64,000 nt of DNA, from the NCBI GenBank assembly GCA_043228905.1, contig JBHGNT010000002.1:22010001-22074000 (forward strand), written 5' to 3'. The notes below the pieces were generated by a model. That model did no database searches and was not told the origin of the DNA. It saw only the letters and a program-made list of their open reading frames with translations. Positions 1 through 12,525 of the stretch are shown one piece after another. Origin of the DNA: Azolla caroliniana. Its lineage: Eukaryota; Plantae; Polypodiophyta. A program made the translations under genes and the position numbers. How positions within the stretch are numbered: position 1 is the first letter of the stretch; the number at the start of each line of letters is the position of its first letter.

Positions 1-3000
1 GAGTGGTGCAGGTGTGTCGACATTCATTGTCTCCCCCTGTTCCTGAAAAACTTCATTTGTTATATGTTGGTAAACATTAGCAACATTATTATCAACGTTT
101 TGTAATTTGTTCTCTCTGTGGTGTTTCAATTCTAAGATGTATCTACCTAATTTCTTTATATCTAGTGTATTTAATAGTTTAGGGAGGGTGGGAGAGGAAC
201 CAAGTATGTCTTGGTATTTTGCCCTTATCTCGGCATAGGTGGGGCATTTGCATGTAAAATGGTACTCATCCTCTATCTCTATGTGGCATAACCTACATAT
301 CCTTTCCTCCCTAGGGACTCCATTAGTACGTCCATTCTCAATCTCAAGTTGGTGAGATGATATTCTAAGGTGACCAATGGCAACCCTTAGTGCATGTGGT
401 AAGAATACATCTAGATATTTTGGGCGCGTGATAAAACCTAACTCAGAGAAGTGCATAAAGTGTTCCTTATAGTACGACATTTTAGATGGGAGTGGCTCTA
501 GTGGGGTGATCCATTTATACCGGGTATAAATTTGCCATATTTCTTGGCGTATTACTTTATTACGGTCCTCATGAGAGAGTAAAGTGTTATCATTCGTGTG
601 GTCGTACTTAAGGGGGGGGAGGTTAGTAATGTCTAGACCGTTGGCAAGAAGCCAACTCACCATCATGCCATACCATGAGCTAGTATAGCCGGACTCATAC
701 AATGCTCGAGAAGCCTTAAAGGCTTGGTGGGATATTCTATCAAGTGGTTGGTTATGTATCCTGTGTATAAAGACTACCATTTGAAAAAGTGCTTCTACTA
801 ACATAGGGGGTAGGGTGAACTCAACCCTAATAATGTCATGTGGGACCGACGATTTGCTTCGGAGTTGGCGTGATAACATCATCACCAATGGTCTCTCTAA
901 TTGCGTCCACATGAAAGATGGTAGTCCTGGGGCCCAAACCGCTGATGCATACATGAGAGAGGGAGTCACTAATGAGTCAAAGAGCCACCCTTTAGTTCGT
1001 GGCTCTTGGAAGTATGCTTGGTGGCATTGTCTCTCGAGGAGTGAGAGGGATGCATGTCCTCTTGTAAGTCTATCCTTCGCTGCTTGTGTCATCGAAAATT
1101 TACCTGAGCGGGCACTGAAAGTGACTCCGAGATAGACATATGATCCAACCACCTCAACTGGGCTATGGGAGATAGTTAGGTGACACTTAGCTCTAACTTG
1201 GGCCGACGTGTGGAAGATAAGGACTTTAGTTTTCCCTAGATTCACTACCAATCCTCGTTGTGTGCAAAAATCATCTAAGGCATTAAGGTGCCTTTGTAGG
1301 TCGTGTTCGGATTCAGAGAGCAAAACTATGTCATCTGCATAGAGCAAGATACGCACCTGCGTATCTCCAAGGACTACTCCATTGCCTCCCTTACGAGCAA
1401 TAAAATCTGTGATCTCATCAATGTAGGTCCCAAAAAGAGTCGGAGATAAGGGGCAACCTTGTTTTACACCAATAGTGCTAGTGAAACTATCGGATATGCC
1501 GCCTGGGCATCGAACACACCCGGACACTTGTTCATATAGTGCGTAGATGGCCCAAACCATGTCATCTGGTATCCTCAAGCTCTTAAGCCTATCAAACAAC
1601 CGCTCTCTAGGGACCGTGTCAAAGGCTTTGCGAAAGTCCACAAAACAACAATATAGTTTCTTCTTGCGAGCCTTAGTCTGGTCAATTAAGCATCTAAGTG
1701 TGAAGATATGGTCAATAGTGGAGAAGGCTCGTCTAAAGCCAGCCTGTTCAGGTGCACGAAGATTTAAGGTCTCCATATACTCGCTAAGCTCTGCCTCCAT
1801 TACTGCACCATATAATTTAGCAAGGGTATGACCTATCATAATGGTCCTATAAGTATTTGGGTCCATGGGGTCCCCCCCCTTATGTATGGGGGCCACTGTG
1901 TTCATGGTCCATTGTGATGGAAAACCCTCTGCAAGGGCACGATTGAAGATTAGAGTTAGTAAGGGAGCTAGGCACTCTCTCGCGTATATGATGTGTTCTG
2001 CTCGCAATCCTGTGTGGTCCATGGACTTCCTATGTTGTAATTTCTTTATGACCTTCGTGACCCTAGAGGTCGTGAAGAGTGTCCCCACAGTAGGTCGGGG
2101 TGTGGAAGGCATTGGAATGGGTGGTTGGTTTGGGATGTGGTAAAGTCTCTCTGTATAAGTGTGCCAAGTTTCGGGATCTTCGATGGGTGTTTGTGGTCTT
2201 GGTTCCCGTAATCTCTTCCATGCAGTGGCACAATCGTTACTCATGAGCATGTGGTAGAGTTCCCAATATTGGGATGCCTCCCATGCTCGTCTCTTACGAC
2301 GTGTCATCTTGCGCATTTCTTTACGAGCTTGTACTGAGGTAATACTACCACTGAGTTGCGATATTGTAAGTTGTCGATGTAAGCACCTACAATCCTCATC
2401 ATACCATCTATTTTGTGGCATAGATCCTACTTTACCTTGATTGGAGTGTTTCGTGTATGGGAAGCTGCTAACCGCTGCAGAATGAAGGATGTGTGTGAGT
2501 TTCGTATTAAGGCTCTCTAAAGGTAGGGAGGGATCAAGGGAGGAGAGATGGGCTTGAACATGTCGAGCATATATGTCAGAGAGCTCATGTGTGAAATGTA
2601 TTGTGATGTCATGGCGTGGTTGACTAGAGTTGGTGACGTTAGAGATATCGCATTTTATCTCGAAGTATAAGAAACTATGGTCCGCGCCAATAGGACATGG
2701 GGCCACTCGGAAGGAGTTAATCATGTGGGTGGCTTCAGGGCGTCCTATTAGATAAACGACTGTGCTTTCCCCTCCTCCATGTGGGAAACATGTGAGCTCT
2801 TCCGAACCTGGCCACTTGGCTAAACCATTATATATGACCATCTGGTGCCGACTACCGAGTTCGAGCAAATGATGGCCAAAGCTCGTGGCGTCTGCACCTT
2901 GATCCTTTGATCTACGTGTGGTGTCTATGTCTGAAGGATCGACGTTTACCATTTCTAGGTTTCTATTCATTTGAAATATTGTGCATTGTCGAGATTGGGT

Positions 3001-3486
3001 TCTCGCATTAAAGTCTCCTACAAGGAATACTTCGCCTTGGGAAGAATATCGGATTATGTCATCCGATAGAGGTTCATATGGGGAAGGCCCATGTGGCACT
3101 CCGTCATCAACTAATCTCGCCTCGCCAGCCAGATTATAACGAGAGCCTTTTGGGGGGAAGTAACAAATGGCGAAAATTACTGCCTTGTCCTTGCTTGTGG
3201 AGACTTTCACCCACATAAAACGAGCTTCTGGGTCTGTGCTCAGTATTTCTATCCTATTATGTAGCTCCCTCCGAAACAATATTGCGACACCTCCAGATCC
3301 CCTGGTAGTGCATCGACGTGAGGTTTGTCTAAAAGCCGACTCCCAACGAAATCCTTCGACTCGTGGGAGTCCCCTATTTGGGCTTTGGTGTGTTTCTACT
3401 AGGTAAACTATATCTGATTCCTTTAATATCCCCTCTAGGCGGCCGGGGTGTGTCCAGAGTGCGCCGTTACAATTCCATAAGGTCAT
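1..3486 (-). CDS. LINE ORF2 (APE endonuclease + reverse transcriptase + zinc finger), runs off the window edge
   Basis: Manual translation of segments: MTLWNCNG.., VYLVETH, FLVGDFNART (APE); GVKQGCPLSPTLF and LLYADD (RT); ICRLCHIEIEDEYHFTCKC (Zn finger). Same frame at ATG 3486 and at base 1. Its absence from the ORF track is consistent with no stop inside the window. Confidence 0.88.
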   Translation of the reverse strand, partial: MTLWNCNGALWTHPGRLEGILKESDIVYLVETHQSPNRGLPRVEGFRWESAFRQTSRRCTTRGSGGVAILFRRELHNRIEILSTDPEARFMWVKVSTSKDKAVIFAICYFPPKGSRYNLAGEARLVDDGVPHGPSPYEPLSDDIIRYSSQGEVFLVGDFNARTQSRQCTIFQMNRNLEMVNVDPSDIDTTRRSKDQGADATSFGHHLLELGSRHQMVIYNGLAKWPGSEELTCFPHGGGESTVVYLIGRPEATHMINSFRVAPCPIGADHSFLYFEIKCDISNVTNSSQPRHDITIHFTHELSDIYARHVQAHLSSLDPSLPLESLNTKLTHILHSAAVSSFPYTKHSNQGKVGSMPQNRWYDEDCRCLHRQLTISQLSGSITSVQARKEMRKMTRRKRRAWEASQYWELYHMLMSNDCATAWKRLREPRPQTPIEDPETWHTYTERLYHIPNQPPIPMPSTPRPTVGTLFTTSRVTKVIKKLQHRKSMDHTGLRAEHIIYARECLAPLLTLIFNRALAEGFPSQWTMNTVAPIHKGGDPMDPNTYRTIMIGHTLAKLYGAVMEAELSEYMETLNLRAPEQAGFRRAFSTIDHIFTLRCLIDQTKARKKKLYCCFVDFRKAFDTVPRERLFDRLKSLRIPDDMVWAIYALYEQVSGCVRCPGGISDSFTSTIGVKQGCPLSPTLFGTYIDEITDFIARKGGNGVVLGDTQVRILLYADDIVLLSESEHDLQRHLNALDDFCTQRGLVVNLGKTKVLIFHTSAQVRAKCHLTISHSPVEVVGSYVYLGVTFSARSGKFSMTQAAKDRLTRGHASLSLLERQCHQAYFQEPRTKGWLFDSLVTPSLMYASAVWAPGLPSFMWTQLERPLVMMLSRQLRSKSSVPHDIIRVEFTLPPMLVEALFQMVVFIHRIHNQPLDRISHQAFKASRALYESGYTSSWYGMMVSWLLANGLDITNLPPLKYDHTNDNTLLSHEDRNKVIRQEIWQIYTRYKWITPLEPLPSKMSYYKEHFMHFSELGFITRPKYLDVFLPHALRVAIGHLRISSHQLEIENGRTNGVPREERICRLCHIEIEDEYHFTCKCPTYAEIRAKYQDILGSSPTLPKLLNTLDIKKLGRYILELKHHRENKLQNVDNNVANVYQHITNEVFQEQGETMNVDTPAPL

Positions 3487-3522
3487 CCTAAGTGTGTTTT
3501 CTGTCACATGGGCCACACGCCG

Positions 3523-4329
3523 TCAATTAGTAGTGCGATCATTTATGATCACTCGCCCATCTCGATAAAAGGCGCGATGCCCGTCTTTGCGAGCTTGCAT
3601 AACCTTTGGCATACAACTTTTGCGATGCTCAATTTGCATCTTGGTGAGGTCTTCATCGAGATAGATAGGGTCCCCACCCAATCCTCGAAGAATTGGTCTC
3701 TTCTTAAAGAAAGTGATTCTAGAGTCTAAGTCTTTAAATTGAAGAACTAAGGCTCTCTTCCTAGTTGTGTCGCGTCCGGCCCTCCAAGCTTTGGTGATAG
3801 GTAGGGTCGTTGTGTACCCTAACATTTTCCCGAGTGTTTGTGCATCCTCGTCCGGGGATGCACCTTCCTTGAGCCTAGTGACACGCACATTTAGGCGTCG
3901 GGCCTGACGCATTTTCTCCTCTTCTATGGTGGTATTAACAATATTTTCATCCTTTATTTCTTTTTTAATGTTTCTTTTAACGACATCTACCCAACCCGTT
4001 TTTGTTAACTCTATGTTATTTTTAACCTCCTCTTTAACTTTTTTGATCTCATCTTTTATATCCTCTATGGAGGATATTTCACCATCCTCTCGGGATACCT
4101 TGATGTCATTAAGTTGTTGTTTGAGGTTTGTGTTTTCCTCTTTAAGTTTTTCTATTTCGGCCTTGAGGGTGTCTTTTTCCTCTCTATCTTTTTTCTTGTG
4201 GGTTTCGGCGTCTTTCACCCATTTTTTCATATCCGTCTCTATTTTCGTTAAACGGTTAAACATATCCAAAAAGTCCTCCTTACTTATAGCCTCGTCTTGT
4301 GTATCCTTGTGTTCCTTTCGTTTAGACAT
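3523..4329 (-). CDS. LINE ORF1 (coiled coil plus basic C-terminal domain), 268 aa
   Basis: ORF track; K/E-rich heptads, then NVRVTRLKE and IYLDEDLT motifs typical of LINE ORF1; directly upstream of ORF2. Confidence 0.85.
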   Translation of the reverse strand: MSKRKEHKDTQDEAISKEDFLDMFNRLTKIETDMKKWVKDAETHKKKDREEKDTLKAEIEKLKEENTNLKQQLNDIKVSREDGEISSIEDIKDEIKKVKEEVKNNIELTKTGWVDVVKRNIKKEIKDENIVNTTIEEEKMRQARRLNVRVTRLKEGASPDEDAQTLGKMLGYTTTLPITKAWRAGRDTTRKRALVLQFKDLDSRITFFKKRPILRGLGGDPIYLDEDLTKMQIEHRKSCMPKVMQARKDGHRAFYRDGRVIINDRTTN

Positions 4330-4794
4330 TGTAGTGTCAATAAGAAAAGAAAAAAAAGGGGATAAAATAAATGGGTTCGAGACTTAGCCGAGTTTGTGTT
4401 ATGTCGTAGTCACATTGGCATTTCGCACACGACGAGCACGCTAAACGAACAAGGATGCGCCGCCAAGAGAAGAAACGCGACACTCGGCAACCTCAAGAAA
4501 CAAGGTGGAGAAGAGCACGGCAACGGCAACGGCGACTACAACGGATGATGATGAACTGCAGCAGGTCGTCCAGCACGCCGACGGCAGCAGACGACGACGG
4601 ACAGTGACGGACGTCAGCAGACGTCAACAGACGGCAGCAAACGGCGACGGACGTCAGAGGCGGCAGCGCGGCAACAGACGACAGCAGCGCACGATGGGGG
4701 GGACTGCAGCTCGGTAGCAGGCGGCGACAGACGTCGCAGACGGCAGCGATGACAGCGTGGCGCACGACCGTTGCTGCTGGCGCACGACCGTTGC

Positions 4795-4828
<34 letters not shown>

Positions 4829-4848
4829 AGAGAGAGAGGGAGGGGTGG

Positions 4849-6207
4849 GAGCTATTGTTTCCGGAGGTCAAATATGACCTATAAGACTAGGAATGTAACG
4901 TTTCACGTAATACATGTGAAAATGAGTAGCAACTCTCAATGTTCAAGAACGTTACCAATGAATATTTCAATCAAGAGTACACATTTTATTGTGAGAGAAA
5001 TTTGTGCAAGGATCGAGTTTGTCGAAGATGTGTGGAAGGCGTTGTTGAATGTAGTCAAAGGTATGAGAGAGAGCTATTATTTCCGCACGTCAGATATGAC
5101 CTATAAGACCAGAAATGTTACGTTGTCGTGAAGAAAACCGTCCCCAGGCGCAAACCGTGTGTTATGTGTGTGAACCAGCCCTTACACGTGGGCACGTCCC
5201 TTGTCGTATGGTAGATAGGTAGGCACAAAGGTTAGATCCTAGGTAGCAATATTCTATAAGGGAAATCGAGGAGTATTTCTGTCCGAAAGGACAGAGAATT
5301 AATGTGATGTAAACAGGTGAAACGACCTCCCTCCTTGAGCTATAAAGGAGAGGGAGACGGGGGGAGAGAGGGGATCGCGCGCTAGAGGGGACGAAGTGCT
5401 GTCGGACTGGGACCGAGCTCTTCTCCTCTGTCGTTCTCCATAAGCTTTCTTTGCGCAGGTTCTCGAGAGGCTGATTCTGCTCCGTGGAACGCCCGTGTGC
5501 TTCCGGCAGAATCTCCATCTTGCTCCCCTGTGTGCGTGGGTGATCAGGCGTCGACACCCGTCTCGCCGACTTGATCGGCTGTAACCGTTCGAGTCATCTG
5601 CATACATATATTTATATATGCGTTCTTATACTCTATCTCCTGCCCAACTTGTGTCTCTTGTGTTGATTGGGCTGCGTTCCCGCGCGCTTCTTTGTCTATC
5701 TGTGTGTGAGCGTGTCTCTCTCTCCCTCTCTCTCTTTTCCCCACCTATTCCTCAGTCCAAGACCCCAGTGGTCCCGCCTTGTTCTCCACGCACGCGCGTA
5801 ACAACGCAACAACGTTTCACGTAATACATGTGAAAATGAGTAGCAATTCTCAATGTTCAATAACGTTACCAATGAATATTTCAATCAAGAGTACACATTG
5901 TTATTGTGAGAGAAATTTGTGCAAGGGTTGAGTTTGTCGAAGATGTGTGGAAGGCATTGTTGAATGTGATCAAAGGTATGAGAGAGAGCTATTGTTTCCG
6001 GAGGTCAGAGATGACCTATAAGACCAGAAATGTTATGTTTCACGTAATACATGTGAAAATGAGTAGCAACTCTCAATGTTCAAGAACGTTACCAATGAAT
6101 ATTTCAATCAAGAGTACACATTGTTATTGTGAGAGAAATTTGTGCAAGGGTCGAGGTTGTCGAAGATGTGTGGAAGGCATTGTTGAATGTGATCAAAGGC
6201 ATGAGAG
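4849..6207. repeat. Three tandem copies of a ~223-bp unit, second copy split by a solo LTR
   Basis: Units start gagctatt at 4849, 5071 and 5986; preceded by a (GA)n tract at about 4795-4838. Confidence 0.9.
5124..5811 (+). mobile_element. Solo LTR of the tRNA-Trp Ty3 group
   Basis: TGTCGTGAAGAAAA...GCAACA termini; 4-bp TSD ACGT (5120-5123 and 5812-5815); ends resemble the LTRs at 35614 and 57467; removing it restores the tandem unit. Confidence 0.9.
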
Positions 6208-6931
6208 CATAACATTGAAGTGTGATACTATTACGGGCATGACCATATAATATCCCGTCGTGAGAATTTATCGTAGTATTCTATACACGTGGATAAGTGT
6301 GAGGGTTAAACGAGAGTGTAAAGAAGGGGAGGATTGCTTTTAATCCTCGGGATTGAGACAACCCATTAGGCCAAGTGTGAACATGGCTGGGGGCCTTGGG
6401 TATCGCTATAAATAGAGGCCTAGCTACCCTCATTTCAAGATCTGGTTGACTACGTTAAGACTCTGTCTTGTGGTGGGTCAACTCTTATAGCGAGCACGCC
6501 AACACCAGGTACGACTCGACGCCACGACGGTGGTATGGGACGACGATCAAGGCTTGAGTCTGTCTCGATCCCTTCGCTCGGGGGTGGTCGGGTGGATCGA
6601 CACCCTTCTTTCTCTCTCTCCTTTCTTTCTATCTACCTAGATCTATCCTTATCTAATGCTTACTTTAGTACATGTCTCTAATATTTGGTATCCGAGCCTT
6701 TGTACTAATGTTTCTTTTGTTGGTCTTATCTTCTCGATGGATGGCGATCGATCGTTGTGCGGTTGGCCTTCATGCAGATGAGGATCAACAAGGAACTTCG
6801 GTAATCTTTCTTGTTATTTTTTGTCTATTTTTTCTTCTCCCATCTAATCATGTGTATGGTTAATATGTAGATTATTTTCATTAATCAAATGATGTTGTAG
6901 TGGTATTTAATTGGTTATCTAAAACGCTTAC

Positions 6932-7190
6932 ATATGTGCACGAGGTCAATACCTCGTTTGACATATAAATAATATGTGATGAGTGTCGTATGCGTACGAG
7001 GTTAATACCTCAATTACGTATTACATTCACGAACATATGTTACGTTTGCGTATGAGGTCAACACCTCGATTTTGTTGTAAATGATATGCGTTTGGTCTCG
7101 TATGCGTAAGAGGTCAATACCTCAATTGCGTATTATGTTGAACCCTTATTTTTGGATGTCTCGTGTGCGTAGAGGTATATGCCTCGATTA
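6932..7190 (+). repeat. Five interspaced hairpin repeats, core tgcgta-gaggtcaatacctc, period about 56-61 bp
   Basis: Cores near 6941, 6997, 7053, 7110 and 7171, separated by dissimilar spacers. Confidence 0.75.
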
Positions 7191-8378
7191 CGTATCTCGA
7201 TTACGTCATTTTTGGCCATTAAATATAACGATTTCTTTAATATAGGCATATGTGATCACGTGTATATGTAGTTGATCATATATATGTGATAATATACATA
7301 TGTGTATATAAGTTATTACATGATTTTAAATCGAATGTTTTCCTTTTTGGGGAAAGGATCTTGGTGGCCATCCTCACATTTTTGTGAGAATAGCGTTGTC
7401 ACCATCCCTTTTTTCAACAATTTTTTATTGTTGAAATCCCCGTTGGTGACTTCGATATTTCATTACGTAAAGAAATGCTATAGCCATAATGATTTTGAGT
7501 ACGTAGGGCTTGACCTACTTCATGTGAGGTTGCTCTTATGACACACGTATCCAACATCCCTCCCTCAATACATGGATACGATGCCACCATGAGATCATTC
7601 TTACGAGAGGCATTTGTAATGACGTGACCATGTGATGGGCCACGTGGGCCTACTACGAAAAGAGGGCTCATTTGGCTTCACCATTAGGTTGCACTTTGGC
7701 GTATGCCATCGTAATTACAAGACTTGAGGTTAGGTAACGTACCCACATAGTTGTAGTAAATGAGGGCGAAATAAGGACTCTTGACATATATGTTTCTCTT
7801 AAAAAAACATATATGGGCAAATGCCTCGCATATCTCTTATATGCATGAAACGTTAAACATTCAAGAAGAGCAACTTACTTGGTTGGCTCAAATGTTTAAT
7901 GCATTTGTTCTCGGGGTCTCGAGTTCAAATATGACCATGACTATACAACATCGTTGATACATATGATTATAACACATGTTTAGACTTGAGGTCTAAGTGC
8001 AGTTCGGGGTCCTCATAATAGGACTTAAAGAGCCGAAACCACATATGTGGGCATCGAAACATAGTTTATTGTTAACATTTTTTTCGTGTATAAACTATTC
8101 ATGACACGAACATACATGGTTGAGCCTCGGGGAGACACCATGAAAAAATCGATATAAAGATCAGGGAAAGACATTTATTTGTCACCCCCATGGTTTTTAA
8201 AACACCTTTGTGTTACCATAGTAACCTGATCTTGAACCTCATCTCATACGTCTAGAGGGGTATTGACGTGAGATAATGATATCGATTAATGCTCGCCCAT
8301 GATAGGTTTACATCACGACATGATGTTATGACTATCTCTCTGACCTTATCCTATTTCTTTTCCAGAAATAATCATTTA

Positions 8379-11300
8379 ATGGCTCAAAATAACGACCCGA
8401 TGTCATCCGTTCAAGCGGAAGGAACTCAAGGGAATCCTCTTGGACAAATGTCCATTGAGATGTATTTTTCGCAAATAACCCAATACCTTAGTTTCACCGC
8501 TCAATAGATGACCAAACTTCGGAAATCTCAAAGTGCTCTCGAGGCACGTGTCATTAGTCTACAACGTGAGACTAATAGACTTGATGAGCGACAGGGTGAA
8601 CCATTGTTTGTCGTTAAGCCGTTTATGGGAGACAAAAAGGAAAGAACCGAAGAAGCAATTTGCACATGGCTGGGCTGATGGGAGTCTCATTTTGAGCTCT
8701 ATCCCACGCCAGATAGTACGAAGATTGCATATGTCGGCCGAGAACTAGGGGGTAAGGCAGCCGCTTGGTGGCGTGGGCTCCGTACTTTGGGGAAATTGCC
8801 CGATACCTGGACAGATTTTGTCACAGTTTGCAAGGGCCAATTTTTGCAACCTCCCTCTCGAACTGAGGCAGCACAAGCTTTAATGAACCTCTCTAGCAGG
8901 AAGTTTCCCTCACTAGAAGACTATGTCCACCATGCTAGAACCCAAATCCAAAAATCGGGTCTAGAAGGGGACAATTGGTTAATAGCTTGTTTTGTCAATG
9001 GTATCCCCAATTCGGATTATCACTGGATAGTGCACGATAAGGATCCAAAATCCTTCGAAGAGGCCGTTGAAATAGTTCTTCGCTATCAACGCACTTCGAA
9101 GAAGGACCACAACAAACCCGACGAAGCGCCCGGGACTAAGCAGTTGCAATTCGCTGGGAAACGCAAGACACCCAACGAATTCATGGATCGCGATTGTAAG
9201 CGACAACATACTTTTTGCGTATTCTGCAAAAAGAAGGGTCATACAAAAGAGCAATGTCGAAAGCTCCAACGGAAAGAGCACGACAACAAAGCTAAAACTG
9301 CAGACCATAAAGGTCAGATTCCTAATGTCCTTTAGGTCTATGCACATCATTTAAGTAATTGTCAATGTTCTTTCCCTCACTATGTATTGGGTCCCAATGA
9401 TTTACTACGTGCAAACGGGTATATCAATGGATCTCCCGTACAATTTTTGTTTGATTCGGGAAGCTCACACAACTTTGTGAATGATCGTTTGGTTCAGATA
9501 TGGGGAATCCAACCCACCATAAGTGATCACACCTATACGGTGCACTTGGCTGATGGAAGAGTACAATACATCAACGGGGTGATTCATTCATTAGGAATTT
9601 CTATTGATACTTATATAGAGGAAGTAGACTTCCATGTAATGAATCTTTCTACCACCGATGTAATACTGGCTTATCCCTGGTTTTATAATAAAAACTCTTC
9701 TTTATCTATTGATTGGGTTCATCATTCAATTACATTTGTACTGAATGATTGTACTCATTTTATTCAATGTGTAAAAAAACAATCCCTCTCGATTGTTTCC
9801 TTGTGTCCATCAATATCCGAGTTGTCTTGTTCTACTCTATTTTATTGTGTACTTGATCCGGACATTCACGTTTACAATATCGATAATGTCTCGGTTCAAT
9901 TAACATATTTTGAACAACAACTTGATGAAATCTTAAATGATTTTCGTGATGTTTTTCCGAGTGAACTACCAGATGGCTTACCTCCTAAACGTAATATAGA
10001 CCATCGTATAGATATTGTACCTGGTGTTGCACCAATAAGTATACCTCCTTATCGCTTAAGTCGATCCGAAGAGGATGAGGTAGCTAAGCAACTCAAGGAC
10101 TATTTACGAATGGGTTATATACGTTATAGCAAATCTCCATGGGGGGCACCAGTTCTCTTGGTTAAAAAGAAAGAGGGCACATGGCGCATGTGTATTAATT
10201 ACCGACGCTTGAATAAAGTGACGATCAAGAATTCATATCCATTGCCCCGGGCTAACGATCTAATTGACCGTCTTTAGGGAGCTCGGTATTTTACAAAACT
10301 TGATCTTCGTACTGGCTACCATCAAATTCGTATAAGTGAGGACGATGTTCCTAAAACGGCATTTCGTATGCACTATGGCCATTATGAGTTTCTGGTTATG
10401 CCTTTTGGATTGACCAATGCTCCGGCTACATTTCAACAAGAAATGAATGACATTTTCCGAGAACAACTTGGAAAATTTGTCGTTATTTTCTTGGATGATA
10501 TTTTAGTTTATAGCCGTACATTACAAGAACATGCTAAACATGTCCGCTTTGTTTTACAAACATTGCGTGACAAACAGTTTTATGTGAAGATCTCAAAATG
10601 TGAGTTCTTCAAGAAATCAATTACTTATCTTGGACATCTCATAACCGAACGAGGAGTTGAAATTGATCCTTCTCGCATCGAGAAAATCAAGCTTTGGCCC
10701 ACTCTTCGGAATATTCGAGAAGTTCGATCATTCCTTGGTTTTGTCGGGTTTTTGCAAAAATCTCTTAGTAATTACTCCCAATTTACGACGCCGTTTACTG
10801 ATCTTCTAAAAGGTCAAACGCGTAAGTCTACAAAACCTATTGTGTGGAATGCTACACTAGACCTCGCCTTTAAGGAACTCAAGGACCTGGTATGCAAGGC
10901 TCCTTCACTTCTTTTACCCGATCCTTCAAAACCTTTTGAGGTTGAAACCGATGCAAGTGATTATGCTATAGGTGTTGTCTTATATCAAGATGGTAAACCA
11001 ATAGCATTCGAGAGGAAGAAACTTGATTTTGCTCAATGTCGGTATACCATTCAAGAAAAGGAATTATTTACAGTTATACATGTGCTCAAAACATGACGCC
11101 ATTATCTTTATGGAAATCGCTTTGTGGTAACTACAGACCATGAGTCCTTGAAATATTTTTGTGACCAACAAGACCTAAAAGGTCGTAAGGCACGATGAGC
11201 TGATCTCATCCAGGACTTTGATTTTTCCATACGATATCGTAAAGGTTCCATGAACACTGTCGCTGATGCACTAAGTCGCATCCGTGAAGTTAACACCCTT

Positions 11301-11812
11301 AGCTTCACTGAAATATCATCAGATCTTTATGATCACCTTCGAGGAAAGTATCCTGATGACAGTTATTTCGCAAAATACTAGGCAAGAGTTGAGTCTGGAA
11401 CAGACACCACCACATCCTCGAAGGAATACTTCCACATTGCTAACGGTCTGCTCTACCGTAATGGGAAGGTTTGTGTTCCAGATTTACCCGAGGTCAAAAA
11501 GAGGATTCTTTTTGAATGCCATGATGCACCCTCAGTAGGGCACCCTGGAATACATCGTACACTCGTTCTCATCTCCACTCAATTTTATTGGCCTAAGATG
11601 TGTCTTGACATACATAGCTATGTGACTAAATGTCACCAATGTCAGGTTAACAAAGCCAAGCGACTTAAAGCCGCATGACTTTTACATCCCTTGGACATTC
11701 CCAATAATAAGTGGGAAAGTATATCCATGGATTTTATTGTTAGCCTTCCTCGCACCCAAAAAGGCCATGATGCCATCTGGGTTGTGGTTGATCGACTAGC
11801 TAAAATGGCCAG
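8379..11812 (+). pseudogene. Degenerate Ty3 gag-pol
   Basis: CVFCKKKGHTKEQC knuckle, [11 protein letters not shown] protease, MPFGLTNAPATF and FLDD (RT), VETDASDYAIG (RNase H), WESISMDF (integrase); several stops and frameshifts. Confidence 0.92.
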
Positions 11813-12525
11813 ATTGAGCTTGTCCGCTCAACATATTTCCATGGCCATGATCTCAATGGGAAGTGATCCTGTCTCAAGAAGTAGGATGGTGTATGACTTT
11901 TGTTTCTTGACTTGGAGAAACTTTGTAAGAAAATGTTTTTGGACATTTTCAAACTCTTACGAAGTGGACTTAGAGAGATGCCACCTCCCCACACTTCCAC
12001 CCATGCATAAAGAAGCATCGAAAGTCACCAAAGTTTTGAAAAGGTATTTCTTGAGGACCCAACACTTAATTCCCCCATGATTGCATGTGTTGTTGCATAC
12101 TATGATATATTTCTTGCCCCTAAGCGGTGGGTAACATATTTGTTCCATCTATGGTTTGAAGGATTTTTAAGGCCACCATAATTGGAGCTTTTCACAATGT
12201 ATAATTATGGTACATAATGCATGGCTTATCTTTTTTTTTTGGACTCTTCATAGGCATAATCTTTGCTTTAGAACTGTTGACACTTAGTATGCATGCAAAT
12301 TCTTCAAATACCCTTAAAAGCTTTAATGCATCTCCAAATGTATTTGCAAAAAGCACCACATCATCCACGTACAACAAAAGCATGATGACCACATTCCCAA
12401 TGGCTCCCTCTTCAACGCCTTCTTCCTTTACAACCTTGGAAAACATTTGATTTAATTCATTAATGCATAAACCAAATAGAGTTAGTGAGAGGTGGGTATC
12501 CTTACTTAACACCAATAGTGCTATT
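11813..12525 (-). pseudogene. Degenerate LINE RT fragment related to the element at 1-4460
   Basis: STIGVK*G..LSLTLFGLCINEL, LLLYVDDVVLF and VEVWGG motifs, broken by frameshifts. Confidence 0.8.

Larger units (their letters stand above)
1..4460 (-). mobile_element. Two-ORF LINE (non-LTR retrotransposon), probably RTE-X-like; 3' end lies outside the window, 5' end approximate
   Basis: Coiled-coil ORF1 at 3523-4329 followed after a short spacer by ORF2 with APE endonuclease, RT and C-terminal zinc-finger motifs. Confidence 0.9.
6221..11812 (+). mobile_element. 3'-truncated chromovirus-like Ty3/gypsy retrotransposon with long 5' UTR
   Basis: Putative LTR about 6221-6684 (TG start, TATA at about 6408); PBS-like tggtatccgagcc at 6686 (tRNA-iMet, one mismatch); gag-PR-RT-RH-INT order; breaks within integrase. 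LTR limits tentative because there is no second LTR. Confidence 0.8.

Noticed and set aside
815-4387. Plus-strand ORFs over the LINE
   Set aside because: Antisense to LINE ORF1 and ORF2.
4493-6250. Short ORFs in the GC-rich stretch, (GA)n tract and 223-bp repeats
   Set aside because: Low-complexity or tandem-repeat translations with no coding evidence.
6932-7190. CRISPR array call for the interspaced palindromes
   Set aside because: The repeats are degenerate, lie in a plant retrotransposon leader, and have no cas genes; kept only as a structural array.
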